In this document: positions 17,575-28,392 of the stretch, in pieces | Layout: each line of letters opens with the position of its first letter | How positions within the stretch are numbered: the stretch's first letter is position 1 | Assembly (NCBI RefSeq): GCF_900095195.1 | Contig: NZ_LT606950.1 | Location: 304,163-336,162 of the forward strand | DNA: 32,000 nt | Source of the DNA: Polynucleobacter necessarius | GTDB taxonomy: Bacteria; Pseudomonadota; Gammaproteobacteria; Burkholderiales; Burkholderiaceae | Reading direction: 5' to 3' | Notes under the pieces: generated by a model | Told to the model about the DNA's origin: nothing | Database searches by the model: none | The model's input: only the letters and a program-made list of their open reading frames with translations | Made by a program: the position numbers and the translations under genes

Positions 17575-17623
17575 TACTCTCTTTATCACCATTTTTTGGT
17601 TTTTACCAAGTAGGTCACGCATT

Positions 17624-19066
17624 ATGAAAAAGCACTTAATTGCGCTCATGACTGTTTTGAGTCTGGGGCAAATGTCATTTATTGCGCCAGCCGTTGCGCA
17701 AAATCCTCGCGTCACTATTCCGGACTTTGCGGATTTGGTTGAGCGCGCTAGTCCCGCTGTAGTAAATATTCGGACGACTGAAAAGGTCATGGTGCAGCAG
17801 CAAAGCGGCATTCCAGGAATGCCAGAGGATCAAGCAGAATTTTTTCGCCGTTTCTTTGGTGTGCCTATTCCAGGCATTCCGAATGGTCCTAAACAATCTC
17901 AGCCAAATTCGGGCAAGCCGCAAGAAGCGGAGCGTGGTGTTGGTTCAGGTTTTATTATCGAATCAAACGGTTTAATTTTGACGAATGCACACGTTGTGGA
18001 GGGTGCGACAACGATCTATGTCACGCTGACAGATAAACGTGAGTTCAAAGCGAAGTTGCTTGGCATGGATAAGCGCACGGATGTCGCGGTAGTCAAGATT
18101 GATGCTCGTGAATTGCCCAAGCTTACTTTGGGCGACTCATCAAAAGTGCGTGTTGGCGAATGGGTATTAGCGATTGGCTCCCCGTTTGGTCTAGAAAATA
18201 CTGTGACGGCTGGCATTGTGTCTGCCAAGAGTCGAGACACTGGCGACTATCTCCCATTTATTCAAACGGACGTTGCGGTTAATCCCGGAAACTCTGGTGG
18301 CCCCTTATTAAATACTGCCGGTCAGGTGATTGGCATTAATTCTCAGATCTTTAGCCGTTCCGGTGGCTACATGGGAATCTCCTTTGCCATTCCAATTGAC
18401 GAAGCTATGCGAGTAGCTGATCAACTGCGCACAAATGGAAAAATGACACGTGGTCGTATTGGTGTGGCGCTTGGTGAAATGACAAAAGATGTTGCTGAGA
18501 GTTTAGGTCTCGGTAAGCCGCGAGGCGCCTATGTGCGTAACGTTGAACCAGGTGGACCAGCGGCAGCAGGTGGTATTGAGTCCGGCGATGTGATTTTAAG
18601 TTTCAATGGTCGTGATATTGCTAAGTCGACGGACCTGCCGCGTATCGTTGGCGATACAAAACTGGGCACCTCGGTTCCAGTGCAAGTGTGGCGCAAAGGT
18701 GCTACGCGTGAATTAACGGTCACCGTTACCGACATGGAGTCAGCGCAGGTTGCGAAAAAAGCCGATGCTTCAGCGGGTGGCGGAGGTAGTGCGAATTCTA
18801 TGGGTGTGATCGTCACCGATGTTTCAGACGCCAAAAAGAAGGAGCTCAACATCAGAGGCGGCGTTGAGGTGACTGGCTTAGGTGACGGTCCCTTGGCTAG
18901 AGCGGGCGCTCGCCCTGGGGACGTGATTATTCGGGTGGCCGATACCGATATTTCGGGAGTAAAGCAGTTTGAGGCTCTGGTTAAAGGCTTGGATCCCAAC
19001 AAGGCGGTTGCAGTCTTTATTCGCCGGGCTGATAGCACTCTGGTCGTACCGGTTCGACCAAAATAA
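17624..19066 (+). CDS. periplasmic serine endoprotease, DegP/HtrA/MucD family (trypsin domain plus two PDZ domains)
   Basis: 480-aa ORF with a signal peptide (MKKHLIALMTVLSLGQMSFIAPAVA). The catalytic triad contexts are TNAHVV, DVAVVKI and GNSGGPL. Confidence 0.9.
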   Translation: MKKHLIALMTVLSLGQMSFIAPAVAQNPRVTIPDFADLVERASPAVVNIRTTEKVMVQQQSGIPGMPEDQAEFFRRFFGVPIPGIPNGPKQSQPNSGKPQEAERGVGSGFIIESNGLILTNAHVVEGATTIYVTLTDKREFKAKLLGMDKRTDVAVVKIDARELPKLTLGDSSKVRVGEWVLAIGSPFGLENTVTAGIVSAKSRDTGDYLPFIQTDVAVNPGNSGGPLLNTAGQVIGINSQIFSRSGGYMGISFAIPIDEAMRVADQLRTNGKMTRGRIGVALGEMTKDVAESLGLGKPRGAYVRNVEPGGPAAAGGIESGDVILSFNGRDIAKSTDLPRIVGDTKLGTSVPVQVWRKGATRELTVTVTDMESAQVAKKADASAGGGGSANSMGVIVTDVSDAKKKELNIRGGVEVTGLGDGPLARAGARPGDVIIRVADTDISGVKQFEALVKGLDPNKAVAVFIRRADSTLVVPVRPK

Positions 19067-19202
19067 GCCCTTTTTTGGGTAAAAAATGGGGTTTGGCGCC
19101 TTTTGGGCGCCACCCATTACAATCCCTTTAAGATGGCTTTTTGCAGCGCATCATTGTGGTGCGTTCTGACAAGGCGTTTTTGGAATCACTGAATAAGACG
19201 CT

Positions 19203-21008
19203 ATGGATTTAATCCGCAATTTTTCTATCATCGCCCATATTGATCACGGCAAATCAACGCTTGCGGATCGCATTATTCAACTCTCCGGTGGTCTCTCTGA
19301 TCGCGAAATGGAAGCCCAAGTACTCGATTCGATGGATATCGAGCGAGAGCGTGGCATCACGATTAAAGCGCAAACAGCAGCGCTAAATTACAAGGCGAAG
19401 GACGGCAAGACTTACAACATCAATTTGATTGACACCCCGGGACACGTTGATTTTTCTTATGAGGTGAGTCGGTCTTTGTCTGCCTGTGAGGGTGCTTTAT
19501 TAGTTGTCGATGCCAGTCAAGGTGTTGAGGCTCAAACAGTTGCAAATTGCTACATGGCCCTTGAGCTCGGTGTTGAAGTGGTTCCCGTTCTGAACAAGAT
19601 TGATTTGCCACAAGCCGATCCTGATCGCGCGAAGAAAGAAATTGAAGATGTCATTGGTATTGATGCATCGGAAGCGGTCACTTGTTCGGCCAAGACAGGT
19701 ATGGGCGTTGCGGATGTCATTGAAGAAATGATTGCGAAAGTGCCACCGCCAAAAGGTGACGCAGCAGCGCCCCTGCAGGCGTTGATTATTGACTCTTGGT
19801 TTGATAACTATGTTGGTGTTGTCATGTTGATTCGGGTTGCGAATGGCACCCTAAAACCAAAAGAAAAAATTACATTGATAGCCAATGGCTCAACCCATTT
19901 GGTAGAGCATGTTGGCGTGTTTAGCCCGAAATCGGTAGATCGTCCTGAGCTTTCTGCGGGTCAAGTGGGCTTCGTGATTGCCGGTATTAAAGAATTAAAA
20001 GCGGCAAAAGTGGGTGATACCGTTACGCACGCTTCTGGACAGCAAGGGCGCGTTCCTGCGGCTGAACCTTTGCCCGGTTTTAAAGAGGTGAAACCACAAG
20101 TCTTCGCTGGTTTGTACCCAGTCGAGGCAAGTGAATACGATCAGTTACGCGAGTCGCTGGAAAAACTCAAGCTCAATGACGCATCCCTCTTATATGAGCC
20201 TGAGGTATCTCAAGCTTTAGGATTTGGTTTCCGATGCGGTTTCTTGGGTTTGCTCCACATGGAGATCGTCCAAGAACGCTTAGAGCGCCAGTACGGGATG
20301 AACTTAATTACGACTGCGCCAACTGTTGTCTATCAAGTTGAGCAGTCGGATGGCACCACCATCATGGTGGATAACCCATCCAAGATGCCTGAGGTCAGCA
20401 AGATCGATACTATCTTGGAGCCGATCGTTACCGTGAATCTTTACATGCCTCAAGAGTATGTGGGTTCGGTGATTACGCTGTGTGTTGGCAAGCGGGGTAT
20501 TCAGACGGGGATGAACTATTTGGGTCGCCAGGTTCAGTTAACGTATGAATTGCCAATGGCCGAGATCGTGTTGGATTTCTTTGACAGACTGAAATCGATT
20601 TCACGTGGTTATGCCTCGATGGATTATGAGTTTAAGGGGTATCGACCTGCCGATGTGGTGAAGGTGGATATCTTGATTAACGGCGATCGTGTAGATGCAT
20701 TGTCCGTGATTGTTCATAGATGTAATAGTCAGTCACGTGGCCGAGAAGTGGTTTCTAAAATGCGCGGCATTATTCCTCGTCAGATGTTTGATGTCGTTAT
20801 TCAAGCGGCGATTGGTAGCAATATCGTCGCGCGTGAAAATGTGAAAGCATTGCGCAAGAACGTTTTGGCAAAGTGTTATGGCGGTGATATTTCTCGTAAG
20901 CGCAAACTCCTGGAGAAGCAAAAAGAGGGTAAGAAGCGCATGAAGCAAGTAGGTAACGTAGAGATACCGCAGGAAGCTTTCCTGGCAATTTTGCAGGTGG
21001 AAGAATAA
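19203..21008 (+). CDS. lepA: elongation factor 4 (LepA)
   Basis: 601-aa ORF with GTPase motifs [14 protein letters not shown] and NKID, and a conserved C-terminal domain. Confidence 0.95.
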   Translation: MDLIRNFSIIAHIDHGKSTLADRIIQLSGGLSDREMEAQVLDSMDIERERGITIKAQTAALNYKAKDGKTYNINLIDTPGHVDFSYEVSRSLSACEGALLVVDASQGVEAQTVANCYMALELGVEVVPVLNKIDLPQADPDRAKKEIEDVIGIDASEAVTCSAKTGMGVADVIEEMIAKVPPPKGDAAAPLQALIIDSWFDNYVGVVMLIRVANGTLKPKEKITLIANGSTHLVEHVGVFSPKSVDRPELSAGQVGFVIAGIKELKAAKVGDTVTHASGQQGRVPAAEPLPGFKEVKPQVFAGLYPVEASEYDQLRESLEKLKLNDASLLYEPEVSQALGFGFRCGFLGLLHMEIVQERLERQYGMNLITTAPTVVYQVEQSDGTTIMVDNPSKMPEVSKIDTILEPIVTVNLYMPQEYVGSVITLCVGKRGIQTGMNYLGRQVQLTYELPMAEIVLDFFDRLKSISRGYASMDYEFKGYRPADVVKVDILINGDRVDALSVIVHRCNSQSRGREVVSKMRGIIPRQMFDVVIQAAIGSNIVARENVKALRKNVLAKCYGGDISRKRKLLEKQKEGKKRMKQVGNVEIPQEAFLAILQVEE

Positions 21009-21814
21009 TGAATTTTGCGCTGATCCTCTTTATCTTGGTGATCGTCTCAAGTGTTGCCTGGGTAGCTGACAGAATGTACTTCGCCCCCCAGCGCAAGCTA
21101 GCTGGTATTGATCGTATGCCGCCTTGGCTGGAATACACAGCTGGATTCTTTCCAGTGATTTGCGCAGTTTTTGTATTGCGGTCTTTCATTGTGGAGCCAT
21201 TCAAGATTCCATCAGGATCGATGATTCCAACACTGCAAATTGGCGACTTTATTTTGGTCAATAAGTTCACTTACGGTATTCGCTTGCCAGTTATTAACCA
21301 AAAAGTGGTTGATCTGGGATCGCCCAAGCGTGGTGACGTAATTGTGTTTCGTTACCCACGTGACGAATCCGTTGATTACATCAAGCGTGTAGTAGCTATT
21401 CCTGGCGACGTCATTACGTACCAAGATAAACGCTTAATCATCAATGATCAGCCCTTGCAATACAGTGGCGGTGAAGCTTATCTCGATCCTGAGAATATGC
21501 GTTACGCCAAACGCTATACCGAAACATTTCCGGTAGATTTGGGCGGTAATCGTCACGAGATTCTGAATGATCCTGATCGTCCAGCAACTGTATTTCCAAC
21601 AGAGCGTTTCCCAGGTGCTGAGTTTTGCCAATACCAACCCTCAGGCTTAACGTGTAAGGTGCTACCAGGCCACTACTTCGCGATGGGTGATAACCGTGAT
21701 AACAGCGCGGACTCCCGCTACTGGGGTTTTGTGCCTGATAAGAACATTGTTGGACGAGCCTTCTTTGTTTGGCTTAATCTGGGCAATCTGGGCCGCATCG
21801 GTGGCTTTGAGTAA
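21008..21814 (+). CDS. lepB: signal peptidase I
   Basis: 268-aa ORF with PSGSMIPTL (Ser), IKRVVAIPGD (Lys) and GDNRDNSADSRYWGFV. Its start overlaps the lepA stop (TAATG). Confidence 0.95.
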   Translation: MNFALILFILVIVSSVAWVADRMYFAPQRKLAGIDRMPPWLEYTAGFFPVICAVFVLRSFIVEPFKIPSGSMIPTLQIGDFILVNKFTYGIRLPVINQKVVDLGSPKRGDVIVFRYPRDESVDYIKRVVAIPGDVITYQDKRLIINDQPLQYSGGEAYLDPENMRYAKRYTETFPVDLGGNRHEILNDPDRPATVFPTERFPGAEFCQYQPSGLTCKVLPGHYFAMGDNRDNSADSRYWGFVPDKNIVGRAFFVWLNLGNLGRIGGFE

Positions 21815-22612
21815 ATGATCATGAGTGCGCGCGCCGTTATCGAAACCGCACCGTTGCAAAAGCGCCTCGGCTATACCTTTAAGAAGCCTGAGCTTTTGCA
21901 TCAAGCACTGACTCATCGTAGTCATAGCAAGAAAAATAACGAGCGCTTAGAGTTTTTAGGGGATTCCATTCTGAATTGCGTGGTCGCAGACCTTTTGTAT
22001 GAGCGTTATTCTGATTTAGATGAAGGCGATCTTTCGCGTGTTCGGGCAAATTTAGTAAAGCAACAAGCTTTATATGAGATTGCTCAGACCTTGTCGTTAT
22101 CAGACTACCTACGTTTAGGTGAGGGCGAATTGAAAAGTGGAGGCATCCGTCGCCCCTCCATACTTGCGGATACGCTAGAGGCCGTGACAGGCGCTATCTT
22201 TCTCGATGGTGGGTTTGAAGCGGCTAAGGGATGCTTGCGTAAGCTGTACTCAATTATTCTGGCGCAAGTCGATTCAAAGAGCTTGGGCAAGGATGACAAA
22301 ACACTACTACAAGAGTGTTTGCAAAGCTATCAACTGCCCTTGCCAACCTATAACGTTACTGGGACCAGTGGCGCTGCACACAATCAGCAATTTGAGGTGG
22401 AGTGTTTAATTCTGAGCTTGAAGGTATCGGTCAAAGGTGAGGGTGCATCTCGCCGCGCGGCTGAACAGTCAGCTGCCAAGACTGCATTGCTTGCAGTACT
22501 CAAGGCCTTGCCACAAGAATCTCGCAAGCCCAAGAAGACTCGCTCAGCAAAGAAAAAAGCTGCCAAAAAAGAAGCGACCGAAGGTCAATTAAATCTGAAG
22601 CTAAAGGGCTAA
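21815..22612 (+). CDS. rnc: ribonuclease III
   Basis: 265-aa ORF with the signature [12 protein letters not shown], a dsRBD and a Lys-rich tail. Confidence 0.9.
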   Translation: MIMSARAVIETAPLQKRLGYTFKKPELLHQALTHRSHSKKNNERLEFLGDSILNCVVADLLYERYSDLDEGDLSRVRANLVKQQALYEIAQTLSLSDYLRLGEGELKSGGIRRPSILADTLEAVTGAIFLDGGFEAAKGCLRKLYSIILAQVDSKSLGKDDKTLLQECLQSYQLPLPTYNVTGTSGAAHNQQFEVECLILSLKVSVKGEGASRRAAEQSAAKTALLAVLKALPQESRKPKKTRSAKKKAAKKEATEGQLNLKLKG

Positions 22613-22614
22613 TC

Positions 22615-23550
22615 GTGTTTAGATGCGGCACTATCGCCATTGTTGGTCGTCCAAACATGGGCAAGTCCACCTTATTGAATGCTTTAGTTGGACAAAAGAT
22701 CAGCATCACATCGCGTAAAGCGCAAACCACACGTCACCGAATTCTGGGTGTTCAAAACCGTCCAGAAGCGCAATTTATTTTTATTGATACACCCGGATTT
22801 CAGACGCGTTTGATGAATACGCTGAATAAAGCATTGAATCGAACGGTGACTACGGCATTGCAAGATGTGAATGTTGCTTGCTTTGTAGTAGAGGCGGGTT
22901 ATTTTGGCGAGGACGACAAAAAGGTATTAAAGCTGTTGCCGGATAACTTGCCGGTGGTGTTGGTGTTAAACAAGCTTGATGTTTTCAATAGTCGCTTTCA
23001 GACACCGTCAGAGCGTGATCAAGCCTTGCTCAATTTCATCAAAGAAATGGCCCAGCCTTGGTGTGCAATCGGCGGTCATGAGGATCAAACGTCCGAGTTT
23101 GCGGAAATTGTGCCGATGAGTGCGAAGAGCCCTGGCGATATTGAAAGGCTCTTAGATGTGCTGGAGGGATATTTGCCGGGAGGCGAGGCGATTTATGATG
23201 AGGATACTGTCACAGATCGTAGTGAGCGCTTCTTGGCTGCAGAAATTTTGCGAGAAAAAGTTTTTCGTTTTACCGGTGAAGAGTTGCCGTACACCTCAAC
23301 TGTGGTGATTGATCAGTTCAAGATGGATGGCAAAATGCGCCGCATCTCCGCCACCATTTTGGTCGATCGTGATAGCCATAAAGCCATGATCATTGGTCAA
23401 AAAGGGGAACGTCTTAAAAAGATTTCAACCGATGCCCGCATCGACATGGAAAAGCTCTTTGATGGAAAAGTCTTTTTAGAGACTTGGGTCAAGGTGAAGC
23501 GTGGTTGGGCAGATGATCGCGCTGAATTGCGAGCACAAGGTCTGGAATAA
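22615..23550 (+). CDS. era: GTPase Era
   Basis: 311-aa ORF with a GTG start. It has motifs [25 protein letters not shown] and NKLD, and a KH domain at the C-terminus. Confidence 0.95.
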   Translation: MFRCGTIAIVGRPNMGKSTLLNALVGQKISITSRKAQTTRHRILGVQNRPEAQFIFIDTPGFQTRLMNTLNKALNRTVTTALQDVNVACFVVEAGYFGEDDKKVLKLLPDNLPVVLVLNKLDVFNSRFQTPSERDQALLNFIKEMAQPWCAIGGHEDQTSEFAEIVPMSAKSPGDIERLLDVLEGYLPGGEAIYDEDTVTDRSERFLAAEILREKVFRFTGEELPYTSTVVIDQFKMDGKMRRISATILVDRDSHKAMIIGQKGERLKKISTDARIDMEKLFDGKVFLETWVKVKRGWADDRAELRAQGLE

Positions 23551-23556
23551 AAACTC

Positions 23557-24291
23557 ATGGCTTCGATTTGCATTGCTGACGAGCCTGCTTTTGTATTGCA
23601 CAGTATTCCCTATAAAGAAACCAGTCTCATATTAGACGTCTTTACCAGACAGCATGGTCGCATGGCGTTGATCGCAAAAGGTGCAAAACGTCCACATTCA
23701 ACACTACGCCCAGTCTTACAGCGCTTTCAGCCACTACTGGTTTCTTGGAGTGGTAAATCGGAATTGCGTACCTTAACTAAATCTGAGTGGGTGGGTGGGA
23801 TGCCCTCATTGGTTGGTGATGCCTTGCTTTGTGGTTTCTATCTCAATGAATTATTGGTGAAATTTCTGGCGCGTGAGGATGAGCACGAGAAACTCTACGA
23901 TCGTTATGCCGAGACAATTAATGCGTTATCGAATCTCGAATTTGAATCCAAGGGTTTAGAGGAAATTCTGCGTCCTTTCGAACTCTCGCTATTACAAGAG
24001 GCTGGCTATGCTGCTGCCCTAGATCGCTGCGTGGAAACCAACGATCTTCCAGACGCTGAAACGGAATATGTTTACCAGCCTGAGCGAGGGGTGCGTCCGG
24101 CGCAAGCTGATGATCCTGGGCATTGGCCTGTTCTGAAGGGCCAATCCTTGTTGGCGATTGCGGCAGGTGATTTTTCAGATCTGCAGACTCTTTCTGAGAG
24201 TAAGCAATTGATGCGTTTTCTATTGGGTTTGCATTTGCATGACCAAGTTTTAACGACACGTCAAATTTTGATAGATCTCAAGAAAATCTAG
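23557..24291 (+). CDS. recO: DNA repair protein RecO
   Basis: 244-aa ORF with N-terminus PAFVLHSIPYKETSLILDVFTRQHGRMALIAKGAKR. Its position between era and pdxJ is the conserved one. Confidence 0.85.
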   Translation: MASICIADEPAFVLHSIPYKETSLILDVFTRQHGRMALIAKGAKRPHSTLRPVLQRFQPLLVSWSGKSELRTLTKSEWVGGMPSLVGDALLCGFYLNELLVKFLAREDEHEKLYDRYAETINALSNLEFESKGLEEILRPFELSLLQEAGYAAALDRCVETNDLPDAETEYVYQPERGVRPAQADDPGHWPVLKGQSLLAIAAGDFSDLQTLSESKQLMRFLLGLHLHDQVLTTRQILIDLKKI

Positions 24292-24303
24292 TAATCTATA
24301 GGC

Positions 24304-25064
24304 ATGACAGCAAATTACCTTCTGGAGCTCGGTATCAATATTGATCACGTTGCTACATTACGCAATGTTCGGGGTACGGTTTATCCAGATCCGATCAAGG
24401 TAGCCCAATTGGCTGAAGAAGCTGAGGCTGATTTAATTACCTTGCATCTTCGTGAGGACCGACGCCATATTAAAGATGCGGATCTAATCGCGCTACGCCC
24501 ATTGATCAAGACGCGCATGAATTTGGAGTGTGCGGTTACACCTGAAATGCTCATATTGCGTGTCAAGTGAAGCCACACGATGTGTGTTTAGTGCCTGAGA
24601 AGCGTGAAGAGGTGGCCACTGAGGGTGGCCTTGATGTTGTGGGCCATTTTGCGGCAGTGAAAGCGGCAACGGCACAGTAGCAAGAAGCCGGTATCAGGGT
24701 GTCCTTATTTATTGACCCGGAAGAAAAGCAAATTCAGGCGGCAAAGGATGTCGGTGCTACTGTAGTGGAATTGCATACCGGACGTTACGCCGATTTGGGG
24801 GGCGCTGAACAAGCGCAAGAGCTAGAGCGTATCCGTCAAGCGGCGAAGCTTGGAAAAAGTATTGGGCTTCGAGTCAATGCTGGCCATGGCTTGCATGAGG
24901 GTAACGTCGTGCCAATTGCGGCGATTGAGGAGCCATCCGAACTTAATATTGGCCATGTCATCGTGGCAGAAGCTCTCTTCAAGGGCTGGCAAAATGCCAT
25001 CGAAGATATGAAAGCCTTGATGGCTCGAGGTCGTCATAAAGACCATATTCATCCATTGAAATAG
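24304..25064 (+). pseudogene. pdxJ: pyridoxine 5'-phosphate synthase PdxJ, one frameshift plus one in-frame TAG
   Basis: Piece 1 reads [16 protein letters not shown]...ECAVTPEML and is broken near 24550. The next frame reads [44 protein letters not shown](24678-24680)[37 protein letters not shown]...[14 protein letters not shown]. Confidence 0.9.
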
Positions 25065-25072
25065 AACGCCCG

Positions 25073-25465
25073 ATGATTATTGGTATTGGCACAGATACAT
25101 TGCAGATCGAGCGCTTACAAGCGGCCTACGATCGCACCCAGGGTCGATTAGCTGAGAGAATTCTTGGCCCCGATGAGATGAAGGTGTTTCAGCATCGTCT
25201 TGCCAGAAATCACAAGCGCGGTATGGCATTTTTAGCGACTCGATTTGCAGCCAAAGAAGCGTTTTCAAAAGCGATTGGTCTGGGCATGCGCATGCCGATG
25301 ACCTGGCGTTCCTTGCAAACCTTGAATGAGCCTAGCGGAAAACCGATCACTACCTATTTGGGAGCCTTAGCGCAATTTATGAAGGAAAAAAACTGGGAAG
25401 CGCAGGTTACCGTAAGCGATGAACAAAATATGGCTATTGCGCATGTCATTGTTACGCAAAAGTAA
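25073..25465 (+). CDS. acpS: holo-ACP synthase
   Basis: 130-aa ORF starting MIIGIGTDTLQIERL..., with FAAKEAFSKA. Confidence 0.9.
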   Translation: MIIGIGTDTLQIERLQAAYDRTQGRLAERILGPDEMKVFQHRLARNHKRGMAFLATRFAAKEAFSKAIGLGMRMPMTWRSLQTLNEPSGKPITTYLGALAQFMKEKNWEAQVTVSDEQNMAIAHVIVTQK

Positions 25466-25524
25466 ATCACGGAATATTTTTAACCATTATTAAAACGCTC
25501 GATTACCGATATCCAGAGGAAAAG

Positions 25525-26601
25525 ATGACTGTAGCCACCATGAAACCAGGCCCAATTATCTTGGACGTAATAGGTCAGACACTGAATGCAGAAGACCGTC
25601 GTCGTATCTTGCATCCACTGACTGGCGGTGCCATTTTGTTCGGTCGCAATTTTGCCAATCGCCAACAACTCACCAAATTAACATCCGATATCAAAAAGCT
25701 GCGCCCCGATGTCTTGATTTCGATTGATCACGAGGGTGGTCGAGTACAGCGTGCCAAGACCGGTGGCTTTACCCATTTACCTGCAATGCGCAAGCTAGGG
25801 GAGTTGTGGGGCGCAAAACATAAATCCACTCATGCGGCTGAGTCTGCTGCATTGGCTATGGCGGCAGCGACTGCCTGTGGATATGTGTTGGCTACAGAGT
25901 TGCGTGCGTGTGGGGTCGACTTTAGTTTTACGCCAGCACTGGATTTGGATTTCGGTCGCAGCGGTGTCATCGGTGATCGTTCATTTAGCCGTGATCCGCA
26001 AATCGTGTTTGCCCTTGCAAAGAGTTTGAACGAAGGTTTGCGACTGGGTGGCATGGCAAATTGCGGCAAGCATTTTCCAGGTCACGGCTGGGCTGAAGCA
26101 GATTCACATGCTGCCATTCCAGTCGATGAGCGTTCTTTAGCCGAAATCCTAAACGACGATGCCAAGCCCTATGAATGGTTAGATCTGAGTTTGGCAGCGG
26201 TGATGCCGGCGCACGTGATTTATCCCAAAGTCGATCAGAACCCAGCCGGCTTTTCTAAAATCTGGTTGCATTCGATCTTGCGTCAAGAACTAGGATTTGA
26301 GGGCGTGATTTTCAGTGATGATCTGTCGATGGAGGGTGCAAGTGTTGCTGGATCGGTAGTGAAAGGCGCCGAAATGGCTTTGGATGCAGGCTGCGATGCA
26401 GCGTTAATTTGTAATCGTCCTGATTTGGCAGATCAATTGCTCAGCAAGTTAACGGTTTCTAAGCAAAAACAAGCAGAGTCTGCTGTTCGATTAAATCGCC
26501 TCATGCCGAGCTCACCGGCGCTTTCGTGGAATGCGTTGCAAAAAGAGGCTGAGTATCAGCATGCGAAGGGCTTGCTGAAGCAGTTCAAGTTGATTGCATA
26601 A
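25525..26601 (+). CDS. nagZ: beta-N-acetylhexosaminidase (peptidoglycan recycling, GH3)
   Basis: 358-aa ORF with motifs IDHEGGRVQR, KHFPGHG and FSDDLSMEGA. The start could be the internal MKPGP instead. Confidence 0.9.
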   Translation: MTVATMKPGPIILDVIGQTLNAEDRRRILHPLTGGAILFGRNFANRQQLTKLTSDIKKLRPDVLISIDHEGGRVQRAKTGGFTHLPAMRKLGELWGAKHKSTHAAESAALAMAAATACGYVLATELRACGVDFSFTPALDLDFGRSGVIGDRSFSRDPQIVFALAKSLNEGLRLGGMANCGKHFPGHGWAEADSHAAIPVDERSLAEILNDDAKPYEWLDLSLAAVMPAHVIYPKVDQNPAGFSKIWLHSILRQELGFEGVIFSDDLSMEGASVAGSVVKGAEMALDAGCDAALICNRPDLADQLLSKLTVSKQKQAESAVRLNRLMPSSPALSWNALQKEAEYQHAKGLLKQFKLIA

Positions 26602-26627
26602 ATTGAGCGCATAACCTAAACAAAAGA

Positions 26628-26653
26628 AAAAAGCCCGGCATGCCGGGCTTTTG
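26628..26653. terminator. bidirectional rho-independent terminator between convergent nagZ and efp
   Basis: AAAAGCCCGGCATGCCGGGCTTTT is a perfect GC-rich stem, flanked by an A-run on one side and a T-run on the other. Confidence 0.75.
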
Positions 26654-26672
26654 CCTATTTGTAGCTGACTAC

Positions 26673-27233
26673 TTAGTTAGCACGGCTACGATATTCGCCA
26701 GTACGAGTATCGATCTCAATCTTATCACCTGTGTTACAGAATAAAGGTACTTGCAATTCATAGCCGGTAGCCAATTTTGCTGTCTTCAATACTTTGCCTG
26801 AGCTCGTATCGCCTTTCACTGCAGGTTCTGTGTAAGTAATCTCGCGTACTAAGGAATTTGGCATCGCAACTGAGAGTGCTTTGCCTTCGTAGAACACTAC
26901 TTCGCATGGCATGCCTTCTTCGAGGTAGTTCAAAGCATCGCCCATGTATTCGGATTCCACTTCATATTGGTTGTAATCACCATCCATGAAAACGTACATC
27001 GGATCAGCAAAGTAAGAATAAGTGCATTCTTTTTTATCCAGAATGACCACATCAAACTTGTCATCCGCTTTGTAAACACCTTCGTTGGGGGCGCTGGTTA
27101 ACAAATTCTTAAATTTCATTTTCACAACGGAGGAGTTGCGACCTGAGCGGCTGTATTCGGCCTTTAAGACGACCATGGCATCAGCGCCAATCATCACTAC
27201 GTTACCAACGCGGAGTTCTTGTGCTGTTTTCAT
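26673..27233 (-). CDS. efp: elongation factor P, Arg32 (EarP-modified) type
   Basis: ORF 26673-27332 trimmed to the [11 protein letters not shown] start (186 aa). The modification loop is SRSGRNSS, with Arg32 encoded by the codon at 27140-27138 where E. coli EF-P has Lys34. Confidence 0.95.
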   Translation of the reverse strand: MKTAQELRVGNVVMIGADAMVVLKAEYSRSGRNSSVVKMKFKNLLTSAPNEGVYKADDKFDVVILDKKECTYSYFADPMYVFMDGDYNQYEVESEYMGDALNYLEEGMPCEVVFYEGKALSVAMPNSLVREITYTEPAVKGDTSSGKVLKTAKLATGYELQVPLFCNTGDKIEIDTRTGEYRSRAN

Positions 27234-27321
27234 ATTTGCTATTCCTGGGAGCAGAATGCTTAATCTGCGGTTTTTATCAAAACCAAGATTGTAACCGCCT
27301 GTAAGGCACTTTAGCCGGGGT

Positions 27322-28392
27322 CTAGGACACAAACCGCAATAGACGGGTCACTAAGTCACCATCACCCTGATTTTGGAGTAATTGGGCGCGCCATTCTTTA
27401 GCATGCGTGCCCCATGGATCGAGGAGGTCTAGCCACTCGCTTGGCATGGCCCATGTCATCGCCGCAATGATCGCAAGCCGTAGCTCCTGAGAGGCATCCG
27501 CGAGATAAAGATCTAAAAATGCAGCCAATTTCACCTCATGTGCACGATCTTCTTGAGGGTAGATGTGCCAAATAAATGGCTTGCCAACCAATTGTGCTCG
27601 AATGAAAGAATCTTCGCCCCGCACAATATTGAAATCGCATTGCGATAACACCCAGTCGTAATGGTCTTGTGAGACAAACGGAATTGAAATCAATTGCACA
27701 TTGTTCGGTATTTCAAATGGCTGTTCCCCATAAAGATGGAGATGCTCTGCATGGCCATGAGTGAGAATGACATCCACTTCAATACCCAAGTTGCCCAGGT
27801 CTAGCAACCATTTACGCAATGGCGCGCCGGGATAACAGAAAATGCTGATACGTTTCGCGCCTGCACGTAACTTAGACCATGCATCTTGTAGATCTACAGG
27901 AGTACGCTTGGCAATCGCTTCACCTACAGGTGGGACTGGGTCAATCAGAATTCCGCCAACATCTCGTTGAAATCCTGGAAAGAAAAAATACTTTGATATC
28001 CCATGGGATTGGGGGGAGGGCTTTGCATGAAAGTCTACGATCCAGGGCTCTGCGCTGAGATATTCAAGGTTAATGATGATGGGTTTTACGGATGCAATAA
28101 ACAGTCCTGCAAGGTAGCGCTCTGGTAACTCACACCCAAAGGCCTCGATGACAACATCGGGTGTCCGTACAGGGTGTTTGGCATTGCTGTAGCTGGCCTC
28201 CCAGGGTTGTAAATCAATTTTCTGTTTAATTGCGGGATCAACACCAGAAGCGAGTAAATTGAGGGTGGGGAGATCGTCGCAAAAAATGCGCACCTCTTGG
28301 CCGTGAAGACTTGATAAGCTTCTCGCTAGACGCCAGCAAACACCGGCATCCCCATAGTTGTCTACGATTTGGCAGAAAATATCCCAACGCAT
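27322..28392 (-). CDS. earP: EF-P arginine-32 rhamnosyltransferase EarP (DUF2331)
   Basis: 356-aa ORF with N-terminus [26 protein letters not shown], which matches the EarP signature WDIFCxVVDNYGDxGVxWRLAR. It lies directly upstream of the Arg32-type efp. Confidence 0.85.
   Translation of the reverse strand: MRWDIFCQIVDNYGDAGVCWRLARSLSSLHGQEVRIFCDDLPTLNLLASGVDPAIKQKIDLQPWEASYSNAKHPVRTPDVVIEAFGCELPERYLAGLFIASVKPIIINLEYLSAEPWIVDFHAKPSPQSHGISKYFFFPGFQRDVGGILIDPVPPVGEAIAKRTPVDLQDAWSKLRAGAKRISIFCYPGAPLRKWLLDLGNLGIEVDVILTHGHAEHLHLYGEQPFEIPNNVQLISIPFVSQDHYDWVLSQCDFNIVRGEDSFIRAQLVGKPFIWHIYPQEDRAHEVKLAAFLDLYLADASQELRLAIIAAMTWAMPSEWLDLLDPWGTHAKEWRAQLLQNQGDGDLVTRLLRFVS

Noticed and set aside
18529-19113. 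A 194-aa ORF antisense to htrA. Similar long antisense ORFs occur at 20797-21270, 17419-17811, 14457-14882 and 29854-30240.
   Set aside because: They lie entirely opposite well-supported conserved genes and have Ala/Arg/Pro/Ser-biased, motif-free sequences. They are explained as shadow frames of the sense-strand genes.
26673-27332. A 33-aa N-terminal extension of the efp ORF that overlaps the earP stop.
   Set aside because: The EF-P family N-terminus [11 protein letters not shown] starts at 27233. The extension has no homology and is just open frame upstream of the true start.
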